Positions 47,047 through 58,427 of a DNA stretch of 64,000 bases are shown here, piece by piece. The stretch covers positions 3,920-67,919 of the forward strand of contig JBJXHE010000008.1 in the NCBI GenBank assembly GCA_046160785.1, read 5' to 3'. Every line of letters starts with the position of its first letter. Within the stretch, counting starts at the first letter, position 1. A model generated the notes under the pieces. That model searched no databases. It saw only the letters and a list, made by a program, of their open reading frames with translations, and was not told where the DNA came from. The position numbers were made by a program, and so were the translations under genes. The stretch comes from Planctomycetota bacterium (GTDB taxonomy: Bacteria; Planctomycetota; UBA1135; JACQFD01).

Positions 47047-50000
47047 TTAAATGAATGATGCCCGAAGGGGTGCGCCTGGCGAAACGGTGAGCGGCTCCGG
47101 GAAGGTGAATCGAACGGCTTTGGACGGCAGGAATTGAATTTCACAATTACGTTCTTTTGTTCCAAGGCTCGCGCGCGCTTTTTTTCCGGCGTTGGCGCCT
47201 GCCGGCCCGAACTCCAGCGATTGAATATGAAACGTTCCTTTTAATATAACAATTTCGGCGGACAGCTCGGCTGGTTTTACGATCTGTTCAAAATAGCCCC
47301 AGCCCTCAGGGCCGGTTAAAAGTGATTTGTGGTTTTCCGCGCCGAACTTCGGTTCGAATCTTACAAATCCTCGCGGGCCGTCGACGAAAACGTTTTGCGC
47401 GGCTAATAGTAAACTCCAGCTCGACATCGCGCGCGAATATTGATCTCCACATTCGATCTCATTCCACGGATTTCGTTTTTTACCATCATAACGATCGCGC
47501 GCCGCGCGAACGAGCGTGAGCGCTTCGTCGTGCATGCCATGATATATCATTAAGGATGCGACCGCGTATTCGACGCCCGTCCACGCTTCATCACAATAGA
47601 GAATCGGGCGTGCCGGCCTGCCGCCGCGCGGCCACGCGCAATTTAATAATCCGCGGTCGGTGCCGTTTGCAAACACGCGCTGCGAGTGCTCGAAATTACT
47701 AAAGTCGGGAAGAAAATTATATTTATAGATCGACTCGAGCGTTTTCTTTATCTTCTCCTCGGGGAGCAGGCTTCCAAGATTAAGAATCTGGGCCCACCAT
47801 TCGCCTAACAACTGATCCGAGAGACAGCCCGCGCCAAATTCGTGGCCGCCTTTTTGTTCAAAATACTCGCCGTTCCAACCAGTCTCGGCGTAGCGCGCCG
47901 CGCCCGTATTGTAAATTTTACGATAACGCGCCGCGAGCTCGGGTTCGTTCATACGTTTCGCCATTTCCTCGCCCGAGCGCAGCGCGGCGAGATAGAGCGT
48001 TCCAACAAATGTATTCACGCCTGTAACAACTTGATCATAAGTATTCCACTGCGCGCCCTCGAAGACGCCGTCTTCATCGCGGTCCAATTCTACAATTGCG
48101 TAGTCGAGCGCTTTTTTAATATTTAACCAATTTTCATGGAGGAACGAATCATCGGCGGAATTTAAGTGTTCGCGGTAGGATTTTAAGATGGTCCCGACGT
48201 GCCCGTCGGCGAACGGAGGCTCGCCGCTCGGTTTGGCGCCGATCGGAACCGCGATTCGATTGTTAACACCGCCGTTTGCGTTTTGTTGATGTTTCAAATC
48301 GAGCTTGCGAACGTTCCGTTCGAGTTCGGGAAATAACTTCGCAACCGTCTGAACATAATTATAAACATGACTACAATTCATCGGGCAGCAGCCGTCGCGC
48401 TCATTGAGCCCTTCCCACCCGGCGATATTGCCGTCGCCGAGCCAAAGCATCGTCGGCGATCTAACAATACACGCCTGCGACCCGGCCGCGTCGAGCAGCG
48501 GCCATGGAATCGTCGAACCATACAATAGTTCCGCAAACTGTTTTGTTGATTTTTCGAGCGCGCCGAAATGATCTATCAATTCTGCCGCCGCGGCGCCCGC
48601 GTCTTTCCAAAAGTGAGTATACTGATTTCCCACGGCGGAATTGCCGATCGCGCGATTGGGAAAATGCCATGTTAAAATAAACGAAACCTTGATCTCAGCC
48701 CCGGGCGGCAAATCAAACTCGCGCTGCAGATTGCCAAAGGCGGGCGCGTTTCGAACCGGTGGTTTTTGTAATGTTTCATTTGTAATGATCGAACCGGCCG
48801 CGGGAAGTCCGTATTCCGAAATGTAATATTTTACTTTCGGATCGAGGCAAGCAAATGCCATCGATCCAAAGTTGCGGTCGCTGGATTCGAGCCCCGTTGT
48901 CGAAATATATTGAATATTTGTATATTTAGCAAAAATACCGAAGAACGCGGTGTGCGTCGAGCGATCTTCGAGGTCGCGCGCGATCTTGAGCGTATTGTCG
49001 ATGGGCTCTTCAAAGAGAGACATGAGCGCATGCGACGCCTCTTTATCCATGATTCTTTCGTTGCGTGGCGAATCCGAGAATTGAATATGATCCAAAAGAA
49101 TGTGCCCCCAGCCGGCGCTTGCGTCGTCGACCGCCTGGATTGTTGCCTTCTTACCTTTCCATGCGCGCACATCCCAGTGCACTTGTAACAATTTCTCCGT
49201 GTTATCGCCCGTGGCCGTCGCGACGCTCTTGCCGTCGATCAGTAAATTTACACATGTCTTTTTTTCAAAATTTCCGCCGCCGACGAGCAAATGAATATAA
49301 TTACGATCAATTGTAAATTCGGGAGACGTTAACGTTCCGCGCGGAGCGTCGTCGGGCTGAAATGAATTAACAAACGACCGGCCCGTCCAGCCGGAGACGG
49401 GATTTTGCCAGGAAATGGCGCCCGTGGCCGGCCCTCTCCCAAATGCGGAACCCGTTGGAGTCCAATCTTTATAATCACGATTTTCGAACGACGCAAATGT
49501 AACAGTGCGGCTTGGTTCTTTGAATGTATTGAAAACGCCGGCGCGCGAAGCGTCGACCCAACCGAAGCCGCGTTCGGATAATATAAGATTTCCTCCGCGG
49601 CGGACCCATTCTAATAATTTTTCCACCGTCGCGGCGTCCGGCAAATCCGCGTTTTCATTTACAAAGATGATTTGATATTTCGAAAGAGATTCAGCGTTGA
49701 CGCCCGGCGCAAAGTCGAGGTCAAGCTCCTGCGGAATATTTTTAGCTTCCAAAACCGGAGTGTTGCCGACGACGAGCATCGACACACGCTCAGAAAGGCG
49801 CGATCGTTGATACTTTCCAGATTGAAACAATAACGCCGTTGAATTTTTTGATACAATCGGCTCGATGGTGTTGCCCGCGAGAAACGCGGCGCTCGATCGT
49901 TGCAAATCCGCCTGTCCGTCATAACCGATGCAATTCATCATCGATCCTAACAATACGCCGTTAACCGGATTGTTAGACTTATTTTTGAGCGTGATCTCAA

Positions 50001-50604
50001 AGACCGCCGCCGGATACGACGACGACCGCGCGTCGAGCGGAACGAACGGATTCCAAACAGTGACTCTTGCGCCGACGGGAATCTTAGCGTCGCTTAATTG
50101 CAATGTTCCGACGGGATATTCGCCCGTAAATGTTACATCCTCAAACCCGTTCTTCGCGGCGTCGAATTGTTGTAACGGAATAGTTTGAAATCCGCCCTCC
50201 GATTTTAACAACAGCGCAAAACCGGAATCGGGGACGCGCGCCCGTTTGTTGACATTATTAAATATTTGCCACTCGACGAGTTCTCCGCGGCCCGACAACG
50301 CTAAGAATCCTGTGCCGATCCCTCCGATCGGGAAAGCTATATTTCGAAGCTGTTCACCTGTATAAGTATCTTTTCGTTTGATTTGTAAATTCTCATTTTT
50401 CCAATCTTTCGGTAATGATTTCTCCGCGGGCACTGGATGTTGCTGTTGTTTTCTGAGATGCGTGGCCGCCAGGAGCGACAGAGCCGTCGCCTCTAAAAAT
50501 GTTCTGCGATCGACGCCTTGACTCTTGGAATCACAGCCGCCCGGTTCGCAACCGCATTCGGAAACAGTTGGATTCGAAGTTTTCGGTCTGTTCACGTTTC
50601 GCAT
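47047..50604 (-). CDS. Tat-exported GH116 glycoside hydrolase with inserted domains
   Basis: FPIGGIGTG, GEYP, WEG...CCPMNCSHV, WNTYD, CLSDQL.G.W, EAWTGVEY, RNPWNEIECG; twin-arginine signal RRTFL. Confidence 0.9.
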   Translation of the reverse strand: MRNVNRPKTSNPTVSECGCEPGGCDSKSQGVDRRTFLEATALSLLAATHLRKQQQHPVPAEKSLPKDWKNENLQIKRKDTYTGEQLRNIAFPIGGIGTGFLALSGRGELVEWQIFNNVNKRARVPDSGFALLLKSEGGFQTIPLQQFDAAKNGFEDVTFTGEYPVGTLQLSDAKIPVGARVTVWNPFVPLDARSSSYPAAVFEITLKNKSNNPVNGVLLGSMMNCIGYDGQADLQRSSAAFLAGNTIEPIVSKNSTALLFQSGKYQRSRLSERVSMLVVGNTPVLEAKNIPQELDLDFAPGVNAESLSKYQIIFVNENADLPDAATVEKLLEWVRRGGNLILSERGFGWVDASRAGVFNTFKEPSRTVTFASFENRDYKDWTPTGSAFGRGPATGAISWQNPVSGWTGRSFVNSFQPDDAPRGTLTSPEFTIDRNYIHLLVGGGNFEKKTCVNLLIDGKSVATATGDNTEKLLQVHWDVRAWKGKKATIQAVDDASAGWGHILLDHIQFSDSPRNERIMDKEASHALMSLFEEPIDNTLKIARDLEDRSTHTAFFGIFAKYTNIQYISTTGLESSDRNFGSMAFACLDPKVKYYISEYGLPAAGSIITNETLQKPPVRNAPAFGNLQREFDLPPGAEIKVSFILTWHFPNRAIGNSAVGNQYTHFWKDAGAAAAELIDHFGALEKSTKQFAELLYGSTIPWPLLDAAGSQACIVRSPTMLWLGDGNIAGWEGLNERDGCCPMNCSHVYNYVQTVAKLFPELERNVRKLDLKHQQNANGGVNNRIAVPIGAKPSGEPPFADGHVGTILKSYREHLNSADDSFLHENWLNIKKALDYAIVELDRDEDGVFEGAQWNTYDQVVTGVNTFVGTLYLAALRSGEEMAKRMNEPELAARYRKIYNTGAARYAETGWNGEYFEQKGGHEFGAGCLSDQLLGEWWAQILNLGSLLPEEKIKKTLESIYKYNFLPDFSNFEHSQRVFANGTDRGLLNCAWPRGGRPARPILYCDEAWTGVEYAVASLMIYHGMHDEALTLVRAARDRYDGKKRNPWNEIECGDQYSRAMSSWSLLLAAQNVFVDGPRGFVRFEPKFGAENHKSLLTGPEGWGYFEQIVKPAELSAEIVILKGTFHIQSLEFGPAGANAGKKARASLGTKERNCEIQFLPSKAVRFTFPEPLTVSPGAPLRASFI

Positions 50605-50647
50605 GCGTTCATCTTCGCCGTATCTTGTGAACTCCAACGTGACAAAA

Positions 50648-53500
50648 ATGACGCTATTCAAGAATTGGCTCGCAAGGCTCTTTAATCAACCGCGCACGAT
50701 TTTGTTTTCGGCCGCGTGGTTATTAGTAATAAGTGGAATCGCCTCGGCGCAGTCGGACGGCCTGCGAAACTTCATACAGATCACCGGGCCGTGGGAGGCG
50801 AGGTACGACGCGGGCGAACGGGGATTTGTAGAGGGCTGGCACGCGATGCCGGTGAATTCGCCGGGCTGGGTATCTGTAAAGATGCCTGGAGCTGTTGAAT
50901 CTTCAGAAGCGTTTGCGGGAAAAGATGGAATCTTTTGGTTAAGGACCCAATTTACAATTCCGTCGAAGCTAGCGGCGGACCGCAGACTAAGACTTCAATT
51001 CGAGCGCGTCGTCGAAACTTGCAAAGTGTGGCTCAACGGCGAAGAAGTTGGAGAGCACGCGGGAGACGCTCCGTTCTTTTTAGATATAACAAATCAGGCG
51101 GTGGTGGGGGCCAATTTGTTGATATTACAACTGCGCGATTCGCTTTCGGGCGCGACCGGCGAGGTTCCGCGGCATGCGGGAATTGTAGGTCCCGTTTCGG
51201 CGGTCGATACCGCGGCGGTCACGATCGAAGACCTTTTTGTTAAGACTATTTCCACGGCGAGCGGAGAAATCGAAATCACGGCGCGGTGCGAGAGCTCTTC
51301 GCCGTCGCCCGTTGAATGCGAGGTGAAATTTGAAGTCATGGCGGACGCCGCGCCCAAAATATTAGCTTCGGCGAAAATAACATTTCAACTCGGCGCGGGC
51401 GGATCGGCGGAGCCGAAAGTTAAACTACAAATACCGAATGCTGCGGCTTGGTCGCCGGCAAACCCGCAATTGTATCGAATCGCCGCGCGGCTGCTCCAAT
51501 CGGGAATTCCGCTGGACGGAGCGCTCGTGCGCAGCGGAGTTCGATCCGTCGATATTCGAGGATCCCAATTGATTGTTAATGAATCCACGCTTCGGCTCCG
51601 AGCGGTGATAGACGACGGTTATGAACCGATTTCGTTTATATCGCCGTCTCCGTTTTTGGATATGCCGCGAAAAGTTCAATTACTAAAAGAAGCTGGATTT
51701 AATACAATTATCACGCGCGGCCGGCAGCCGATGAAAGCGCTCGTGGATGCCGCAGACAAATCGGGGATATTTATCATTGAACAATTGGAAATTCCTTCGC
51801 CCGAAATGGACTGGCCGTCCGCGGCCGGTCTGCCTTTTTACACAGGTTTATCAAATTATTGGGCCGGCTTGCCGTTTTTTCCGCGCCGGTCAAACCGCGA
51901 GACGCCCGCGTCGGTCGAAATATTAAATCAACAAATAAAACGCGACCGCAGCGCGCCGTCGGTTTTGTGGTATGGAATCGCCGATGCGCGCGGCAGTTTT
52001 GTTAAGATTCTGCGCGAACTCGACGGCGATAACATTTTCTCGCGCGACGGTAAAACCAGCGGGCGCAATTATTATTATTCTCCGACGTCGCTCGCACGGC
52101 GGTATTATTTACGTCCGGAATTTGATATTACTCAACCGTTCGACGATGCGACGCGCCTGCGCATCTTGGAGCTCGGCGACCGCGACGACTTTACAATTGC
52201 AACCATTCACCCTCCTGCGGCCGCCAGCGATTGGTCGCGCGGAATCGCAGGGCTTGGCGGCGACACTTGGACGGAGGACGCACGCGCATTTTCAGCGTCG
52301 CTCGCAAAATTAACATTAACGATGCAGCCGGCATCTCCGCGGTATTTTAAAGATTCGGCCGAATTGATAGAACAGGCTCAATCTTTACATGCTGAAACCT
52401 CGCGGCGCGCCATGGAGACGCTTCGCGCGAACCGGCGTATTGCAGTCGCAGCTGTCGGATATGTACATGATTCGCCGGGCCGGCTCGGGCGCGGTTTATT
52501 TGATATTTTCGGGCGCCCCAAGGCCGCTCATGCGCAGCTTGCGAAAGCTAATGTTCTGAGGCGTGCTGTATTATTTCCAGCCCGCCGCGCAGGTGAAGCT
52601 CCACAGGCGGGGATGCCCGCGACTTCGCTCGATTTAGAAGTATCCGCTTTATCGGATGAAAGCGCTTCATTTGATATCATTGCGGTCGAGGTTGCGACGC
52701 CCGATAAACTGAATGGTGTGTCGGTTCCTAAGATTCAGACGCGTTATCAAGGAATCAATCGAACATCGATGGGATGCACTCGCGGCGTGGGAACATATAC
52801 AGCAAATCCAATTTGGAAAGATTTGAAGGATCCGTGGCTTGAAGAAGTAAAGATTCAGGGAATTCTTGTACAAAAAAGTTATTTAACATTAAACGAGACC
52901 GTTGCGCGCCCCGCGCCTCACGTCGCCATTTTTGGCACGCCTTCGGATCTGTGGAATGAAGAAGAGTTTATTAAGTTTATTGATTTGATGGAAACCGCAA
53001 AGGCGGGCGGAACTGTTATTATTGCAAAATCGTTGAGTCCGGTATTCGCGCCCGTCGCGCTGGGGTTATTTCCGAATTTACAAATCATCGGCAGCCGCGG
53101 CGCACTCCATGCGGGCGCGGGCGATTACGCTTTTGAGGGGCTTCCTGGCAAAGGCATCTTGCGCGATCCTTTTAATGAAATTGTTCCTTTATATACAATA
53201 CGGCCGTTCGGAGATGCTAACGATCCTGCGAAAAGCTCTTCCATCGCGCTCGATGAAGACGGCGGAATGTTAGGTTATAGTTTGTTACAGATCCCTTTCG
53301 GCGCCGGAAAGGTAATTGTTACGACGTTCCCATTATCAGAATTCTATTTTTATGACGTCGCGCCGCGGAAAATATTAGCAAACCTCGTTGATGAAGCCTT
53401 GAAAACTCCCGCGCCCGCCGGCCCCATTCCCGACAAGGCGCCCGACCGCGAAACATGGCGCAAGCGTTTTCGTGAGAGTGCGATGGCGCCGGAACGTTAG
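50648..53500 (+). CDS. Secreted GH2-like protein with a degenerate catalytic barrel
   Basis: GH2 sugar-binding domain (LQFERV..VWLNG..GEH), Ig domain (WSP.NP.LY, GVRSV), barrel start LKEAGFNTI..AD..GI; no Asn-Glu motif. Confidence 0.75.
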   Translation: MTLFKNWLARLFNQPRTILFSAAWLLVISGIASAQSDGLRNFIQITGPWEARYDAGERGFVEGWHAMPVNSPGWVSVKMPGAVESSEAFAGKDGIFWLRTQFTIPSKLAADRRLRLQFERVVETCKVWLNGEEVGEHAGDAPFFLDITNQAVVGANLLILQLRDSLSGATGEVPRHAGIVGPVSAVDTAAVTIEDLFVKTISTASGEIEITARCESSSPSPVECEVKFEVMADAAPKILASAKITFQLGAGGSAEPKVKLQIPNAAAWSPANPQLYRIAARLLQSGIPLDGALVRSGVRSVDIRGSQLIVNESTLRLRAVIDDGYEPISFISPSPFLDMPRKVQLLKEAGFNTIITRGRQPMKALVDAADKSGIFIIEQLEIPSPEMDWPSAAGLPFYTGLSNYWAGLPFFPRRSNRETPASVEILNQQIKRDRSAPSVLWYGIADARGSFVKILRELDGDNIFSRDGKTSGRNYYYSPTSLARRYYLRPEFDITQPFDDATRLRILELGDRDDFTIATIHPPAAASDWSRGIAGLGGDTWTEDARAFSASLAKLTLTMQPASPRYFKDSAELIEQAQSLHAETSRRAMETLRANRRIAVAAVGYVHDSPGRLGRGLFDIFGRPKAAHAQLAKANVLRRAVLFPARRAGEAPQAGMPATSLDLEVSALSDESASFDIIAVEVATPDKLNGVSVPKIQTRYQGINRTSMGCTRGVGTYTANPIWKDLKDPWLEEVKIQGILVQKSYLTLNETVARPAPHVAIFGTPSDLWNEEEFIKFIDLMETAKAGGTVIIAKSLSPVFAPVALGLFPNLQIIGSRGALHAGAGDYAFEGLPGKGILRDPFNEIVPLYTIRPFGDANDPAKSSSIALDEDGGMLGYSLLQIPFGAGKVIVTTFPLSEFYFYDVAPRKILANLVDEALKTPAPAGPIPDKAPDRETWRKRFRESAMAPER

Positions 53501-53530
53501 TATTCGTTTAAAGTAATCATTCTTCCCGAA

Positions 53531-54691
53531 ATGACGGACCCGGCTCAAAATACAAAAACGAATTGGTCGGCGACCATTCGGAAGCTCATGATCTGGGCCG
53601 TGTTCGGCGGCGCGTTGTATTTGTTACGAAGTTTTTTTCTTTTAATTTTGTTAACATTTGTTATCGGTTATTGCGCGGAACAGGTCGTTCATTTCTTATC
53701 ATTACGTTTTAGGAAGGCTTCGCGCCAGGCACTTGTTTGTATTGTATTCACGATCGGAATCGGAGCCCTTGTCGGCCTTGGATTTATTATGGTTCCCGCG
53801 GTTGAATCCGAAGTCGAGCACGTGAAATTGAAGTTTCCCGAGTATCGAGATCAGATCGTTTCAAAATATAAAGAATTTCAACAATCCTATCCGTCGGCGG
53901 CGCAGGGCGTCGAAAACGCCTTGCGGGAATTAGATACATTTCGAAAAGGATTCTTAACAACTGCACCCGAGTCCCAAGCCGCCACGCGTCCGAGCGCTTC
54001 GGAAAACGCGGGCGGAATTGGCGAGCGAGATATAGCAGTTGCCGCGGATGTTGTATTGAAATCCGTCAGTTCGCTCGTCTCCGCCGTTTTTACAGTTTTA
54101 CTCGCCGTATTGTTTGCATTCCTTATTCTTATTGATTTGGCTAACATTCGCGAGGAGACGGAGCGCTTGCGGTCATCGAGAATCGGATGGCTTTATGAAG
54201 AAGTGCGCACGACGGTTGTCGAGTTCTCCGCCTCGGTCGGCTGGATCCTCGAAGCGCAGATTGTGATTTCGACGATTAATGTAATATTAACAATAGCGGG
54301 GCTCTGGATTCTTGGGGTTCCGTCGCTCGTTTTGTTAACAGTGATCTTATTTTTCTGCGGGCTTGTGCCCGTTTTGGGAGCGCTGGTTCCGCTGCTTCCG
54401 ATTGCGCTGATCGCGTTCGCGGAGGGCGGGCTCTCATTGTTAATCAAATGTCTTATATTTATTGCAGTTGAACGGATCTTTGTCGGCTACGTCGTAGAAC
54501 CCCGGATTTTTGGAAAACGATTTCATATGAATTCGGTGTTCATATTAGTAATATTACTTATCGGTTATCAGTTAGCCGGTCTGTGGGGCGTGATCCTCGG
54601 ACTTCCAGTTGCGCACTCAGCGCTTCGCCAGCGCCACGGCCCGGCTCTCGAAATTCCCCCAGGAGCTGTAAGCTTAGATTCTAAACTATGA
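53531..54691 (+). CDS. AI-2E family transporter
   Basis: Multiple TM helices, LVPVLG, VEPRIFG...[12 protein letters not shown]. Confidence 0.85.
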   Translation: MTDPAQNTKTNWSATIRKLMIWAVFGGALYLLRSFFLLILLTFVIGYCAEQVVHFLSLRFRKASRQALVCIVFTIGIGALVGLGFIMVPAVESEVEHVKLKFPEYRDQIVSKYKEFQQSYPSAAQGVENALRELDTFRKGFLTTAPESQAATRPSASENAGGIGERDIAVAADVVLKSVSSLVSAVFTVLLAVLFAFLILIDLANIREETERLRSSRIGWLYEEVRTTVVEFSASVGWILEAQIVISTINVILTIAGLWILGVPSLVLLTVILFFCGLVPVLGALVPLLPIALIAFAEGGLSLLIKCLIFIAVERIFVGYVVEPRIFGKRFHMNSVFILVILLIGYQLAGLWGVILGLPVAHSALRQRHGPALEIPPGAVSLDSKL

Positions 54692-55899
54692 AAAAAAACG
54701 ACGCGCTTATATCTAAAACTACTGTTAAAAATATAGATCGATTTTCATTCGGTCTGTGGACCGTCGGCAATCCGGGCCGCGATCCATTCGGCGAGGCGGT
54801 GCGGCCGAAACTCGATCCCATCTCGCTCGTTCAATTATTATCAGAAGTCGGAGCGTGGGGCGTTTGTTTACATGATAATGATCTTGTTCCGATCGACGCC
54901 TCCGCGCGCGACCGCGACCGTATTGTTAAAGAATTCCGACAGGCGTGCCGCGACAACGGGCTCGTGATCCCGATGGCGACAACCAATTTATTTAGCGATC
55001 CGATCTTTAAAGATGGCGCGTTTACAAGTAATGACGGCCGCGTGCGCGCGTACGCACTACAAAAAACGATGCGCGCGATCGACATCGGAGCCGAGCTCGG
55101 CGCGAAAGTTTATGTATTTTGGGGCGGCCGCGAAGGAACGGAAGTCGACGCGTCGAAGGACGCGCGCGCCGCAATACAAAGATTCCGCGAAGCGATTGAT
55201 TATTTATGTTCGTATTGTATCGATCAGGGTTATTCTTTACGTTTCGCCCTCGAAGCGAAACCGAATGAACCGCGCGGCGATATATTTCTTCCGACGACGG
55301 GGCATTGTTTAGCATTTATTTCAACACTACAACATCAGGAAATGGTCGGCGTGAATCCCGAAGTCGCGCACGAGCACATGTCCGGATTAAATATGCATCA
55401 CACGGTCGCGCAGGCGATTGAAATGCGGAAATTGTTTCATGTTGATTTAAATGATCAAGTTCCCGGGCGCTACGACCAAGACTTCAGATTCGGATCTGCT
55501 AATATTAAAGCCGCATTTTATTTGGTACGTTTATTAGAAGAATCCGGCTATGAAGGGCCCCGGCATTTTGATTCACACGCGTACCGAACTGAAGACATGG
55601 ATGGAGTTAAAGATTTCGCGCGGGGGAGCATGCAGACCTATCGAATTCTGCGCGAGAAAGCGCACGAGATGCGCGAGGACGCCGAAATTCAAGATTTGCT
55701 TTCCAGAATTAATAAGCATCAAAACGATTACATGGATTTCACTTCGCGTTACAGTAAAGAATCGGTGCGCAAACTCGACTCTTTACAGATCGACCGAAAG
55801 GGTCTTGGCGAAGCCGGGCTCGAATATGAGAGATTAGATCAGTGCGTGAATGAATTATTGTTAGGTGTGCGCCGAACTGTTAAATCTCGCCGTACCTAA
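54688..55899 (+). CDS. xylA: Xylose isomerase (class I, short type)
   Basis: [43 protein letters not shown]. Confidence 0.95.
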   Translation: MKKNDALISKTTVKNIDRFSFGLWTVGNPGRDPFGEAVRPKLDPISLVQLLSEVGAWGVCLHDNDLVPIDASARDRDRIVKEFRQACRDNGLVIPMATTNLFSDPIFKDGAFTSNDGRVRAYALQKTMRAIDIGAELGAKVYVFWGGREGTEVDASKDARAAIQRFREAIDYLCSYCIDQGYSLRFALEAKPNEPRGDIFLPTTGHCLAFISTLQHQEMVGVNPEVAHEHMSGLNMHHTVAQAIEMRKLFHVDLNDQVPGRYDQDFRFGSANIKAAFYLVRLLEESGYEGPRHFDSHAYRTEDMDGVKDFARGSMQTYRILREKAHEMREDAEIQDLLSRINKHQNDYMDFTSRYSKESVRKLDSLQIDRKGLGEAGLEYERLDQCVNELLLGVRRTVKSRRT

Positions 55900-57230
55900 A
55901 GAGGATCCGACGGCGTCGAATCGGGCACTTGCAGTACTCCCTCAGACCTCGCGACAAAGATCGATGACGTCAAATCGCCGGTGACGTTCACTACAGTTCG
56001 CGACATATCTAATATTCGGTCTACGCCAAGAATCACCGCGAGCATCGCGGGATCGATTCCGACTTGCGCGAGCACTAATGCTAATAATGGCAGCGAGCCG
56101 CCGGGCACGCCCGCGGCGCCGACGGCCGTCAGCACCGCCATTACAATAACAATAACCTGAGTGCCGAGGTCGAGGTGTATTCCCGAAACTTGCGCCAAGA
56201 ATAGTATGGATACGCCTTCGAAGAGCGCGGTTCCATTCATACACATCGTGGCACCGAGCGGTAATACAAATCCCGCGACGTGTTTCGGAACGCCGAATTC
56301 TTCCTGTGCGGTTCGAATCGTTGTCGGCAGTGTTGCGCTCGAAGAAGATAACGAAAACGCCGTTACAAAAAGTCCGCGTGTCCGCTTGAAGAACGTGAGC
56401 GGGTTTACCCGGCAAAATACAATTAATATGAATGAGATAACGATGAACTCATGGATTGCGAGGCCGAGCAGCGTCGTTCCAACGAAGTACGCCAGCGATT
56501 TTAATATATCAATTCCGAATTTCGCCGCGACGACAAACACCAATCCCGCGACGCCGTACGGCGCGAATTTCATCGCAAAGCCAATAATAACGACGCAAAT
56601 ATCATTCAGTGCGTCGAGAATTGCTAAGAATGGCTTCGACTTATTCTCGGGCAGCAGCGTCGACGCAATGCCGACCATCAATGCAAAGAAAATCACCGCG
56701 AGCATGTCACCCTTCGCGGCGGCCATGACGGGATATTTAGGAATAATCTCCAGGAATGTTTGTATTCCGAATCCGGCGCCTTGCTGCCCCTGTTCAATCT
56801 TAGCTTGTGCTTCGTTCTGAAATTCCGCCTTGATGGCCATCGCCGTTTCAGGATTAATATGTTCTCCCGGACGGATCCAGTTAACTAATAAAAGACCGAG
56901 CACCGCCGCAACGAAGGTTGTCACCAAAAAGAAAATTAATGTTTTGGTTCCGACGCGCCCCAGATTTCTAAGATTCCCGAGGCCGGCCACGCCGAGCGCC
57001 AGCGAACAAAAAACCAGCGGGATCACGACCATAAATAACAATCGCAGAAATATCTGCCCTGCCGTATTTGCTATATTGTCGGCAATCCACAGAACATAAC
57101 TATTCTTCGGCCCCAGCGCGGAGTTGCAAATGACGCCCGCCGCTAAACCGAACGCGAGCCCGAAGAGAATTTTAGTAGCGAGCGAAAATTTTCCTGGAGG
57201 CGTGGCCCCTCCGAGCGGCGCGCCGCCCAC
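55896..57230 (-). CDS. Dicarboxylate/amino acid:cation symporter (GltP/DAACS family)
   Basis: [49 protein letters not shown]. Confidence 0.93.
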   Translation of the reverse strand: MGGAPLGGATPPGKFSLATKILFGLAFGLAAGVICNSALGPKNSYVLWIADNIANTAGQIFLRLLFMVVIPLVFCSLALGVAGLGNLRNLGRVGTKTLIFFLVTTFVAAVLGLLLVNWIRPGEHINPETAMAIKAEFQNEAQAKIEQGQQGAGFGIQTFLEIIPKYPVMAAAKGDMLAVIFFALMVGIASTLLPENKSKPFLAILDALNDICVVIIGFAMKFAPYGVAGLVFVVAAKFGIDILKSLAYFVGTTLLGLAIHEFIVISFILIVFCRVNPLTFFKRTRGLFVTAFSLSSSSATLPTTIRTAQEEFGVPKHVAGFVLPLGATMCMNGTALFEGVSILFLAQVSGIHLDLGTQVIVIVMAVLTAVGAAGVPGGSLPLLALVLAQVGIDPAMLAVILGVDRILDMSRTVVNVTGDLTSSIFVARSEGVLQVPDSTPSDPL

Positions 57231-57231
57231 G

Positions 57232-58425
57232 TTACTGAATCACCTTGAGCTGTTTGCCAACTTTAGCAAACGCAGCGATCGCTTTATCTAAATGATCGCG
57301 TTCGTGCGCGGCGGAGATTTGTACACGAATACGGGCTTGTCCGCGCGGCACGACGGGAAAGCTGAATCCTATAACATAAATTCCTTCGTCGAGGAGATTG
57401 CGCGCAAAGTCGTTTGCTAATTTTGCGTCGCCGAGCATGATCGGAACAATCGGATGCACTCCGGGCCGGATCGAAAATCCGGAAGCTAACATTTTCTCGC
57501 GGAAGTATTTTGTATTCTCTTCGAGCTTGTCGCGCAGTTTATTTGTTGAAACTAACATTTCAAACGCGCGAATCGCCGCGCCCACGATTGGCGGCGCCAC
57601 GGTATTTGAAAATAAGTATGGCCGCGACTTCTGCCTCAACATTTCAATTATTTCTTTTTTGCCCGACGTGTAACCGCCCTGCGATCCGCCGAGCGCCTTT
57701 CCTAACGTTCCGGTGATGATATCAATTTTTCCGTGGACTCCGCAGAATTCGGGAGTGCCGCGGCCCGTCTTTCCTACAAATCCGACGGCATGCGAATCGT
57801 CGACCATCACCATCGCTTGATACTTATCCGCAAGATCACAAATACCTTTCAGATCCGCGATGTCGCCGTCCATCGAGAAAACGCCGTCGGTGGCAATCAT
57901 TACTTTTTTCGAACCAGCCGCGCGCGCTTCTTGTAAACATCGTTCGAGATCGGTGAGATCGCCACGCTTCGGACGGAAACGCGCGGCTTTACATAAACGA
58001 ATTCCATCAATAATCGACGCGTGGTTCAGCTCATCGCTAACAATCGCGTCGCCCTCGCCGAGAATCGTTTCAAACAAGCCGCCGTTCGCGTCCCAGCAGG
58101 AACTGTAAAGAATCGTGTCTTCGGTTCCGAGAAACTTACTAATCGATAGCTCCAGCCTTTTGTGAATATCCTGCGTTCCGCAAATAAAACGGACGCTCGC
58201 GAGGCCGAGGCCGTACTGTTCGAGCGCGGTGTGCGCGGCTTCTATCAATTCTGGATTGTTAGCAAGTCCCAAATAATTGTTTGCACAGAAATTAAGGACT
58301 TCGCCCTGCTTGACGCGAATCGATGCATTTTGAGCGGAGAGCAGGATTCGCTCTTCCTTCCACGTCCCCGCCGATTTGATGTCGTCGAGGGCTTTTAATA
58401 AATCAGGTCGAATGTTATCAAACAT
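57232..58425 (-). CDS. kbl: Glycine C-acetyltransferase (2-amino-3-ketobutyrate CoA ligase)
   Basis: [36 protein letters not shown] (PLP Lys), [10 protein letters not shown]. Confidence 0.96.
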   Translation of the reverse strand: MFDNIRPDLLKALDDIKSAGTWKEERILLSAQNASIRVKQGEVLNFCANNYLGLANNPELIEAAHTALEQYGLGLASVRFICGTQDIHKRLELSISKFLGTEDTILYSSCWDANGGLFETILGEGDAIVSDELNHASIIDGIRLCKAARFRPKRGDLTDLERCLQEARAAGSKKVMIATDGVFSMDGDIADLKGICDLADKYQAMVMVDDSHAVGFVGKTGRGTPEFCGVHGKIDIITGTLGKALGGSQGGYTSGKKEIIEMLRQKSRPYLFSNTVAPPIVGAAIRAFEMLVSTNKLRDKLEENTKYFREKMLASGFSIRPGVHPIVPIMLGDAKLANDFARNLLDEGIYVIGFSFPVVPRGQARIRVQISAAHERDHLDKAIAAFAKVGKQLKVIQ

Positions 58426-58427
58426 TA

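Noticed and set aside
50525-50661. Apparent head-to-head overlap of the GH116 and GH2-like ORFs
   Set aside because: It disappears with the better starts ATG 50604 (-) and ATG 50648 (+), which also expose the signal peptides.
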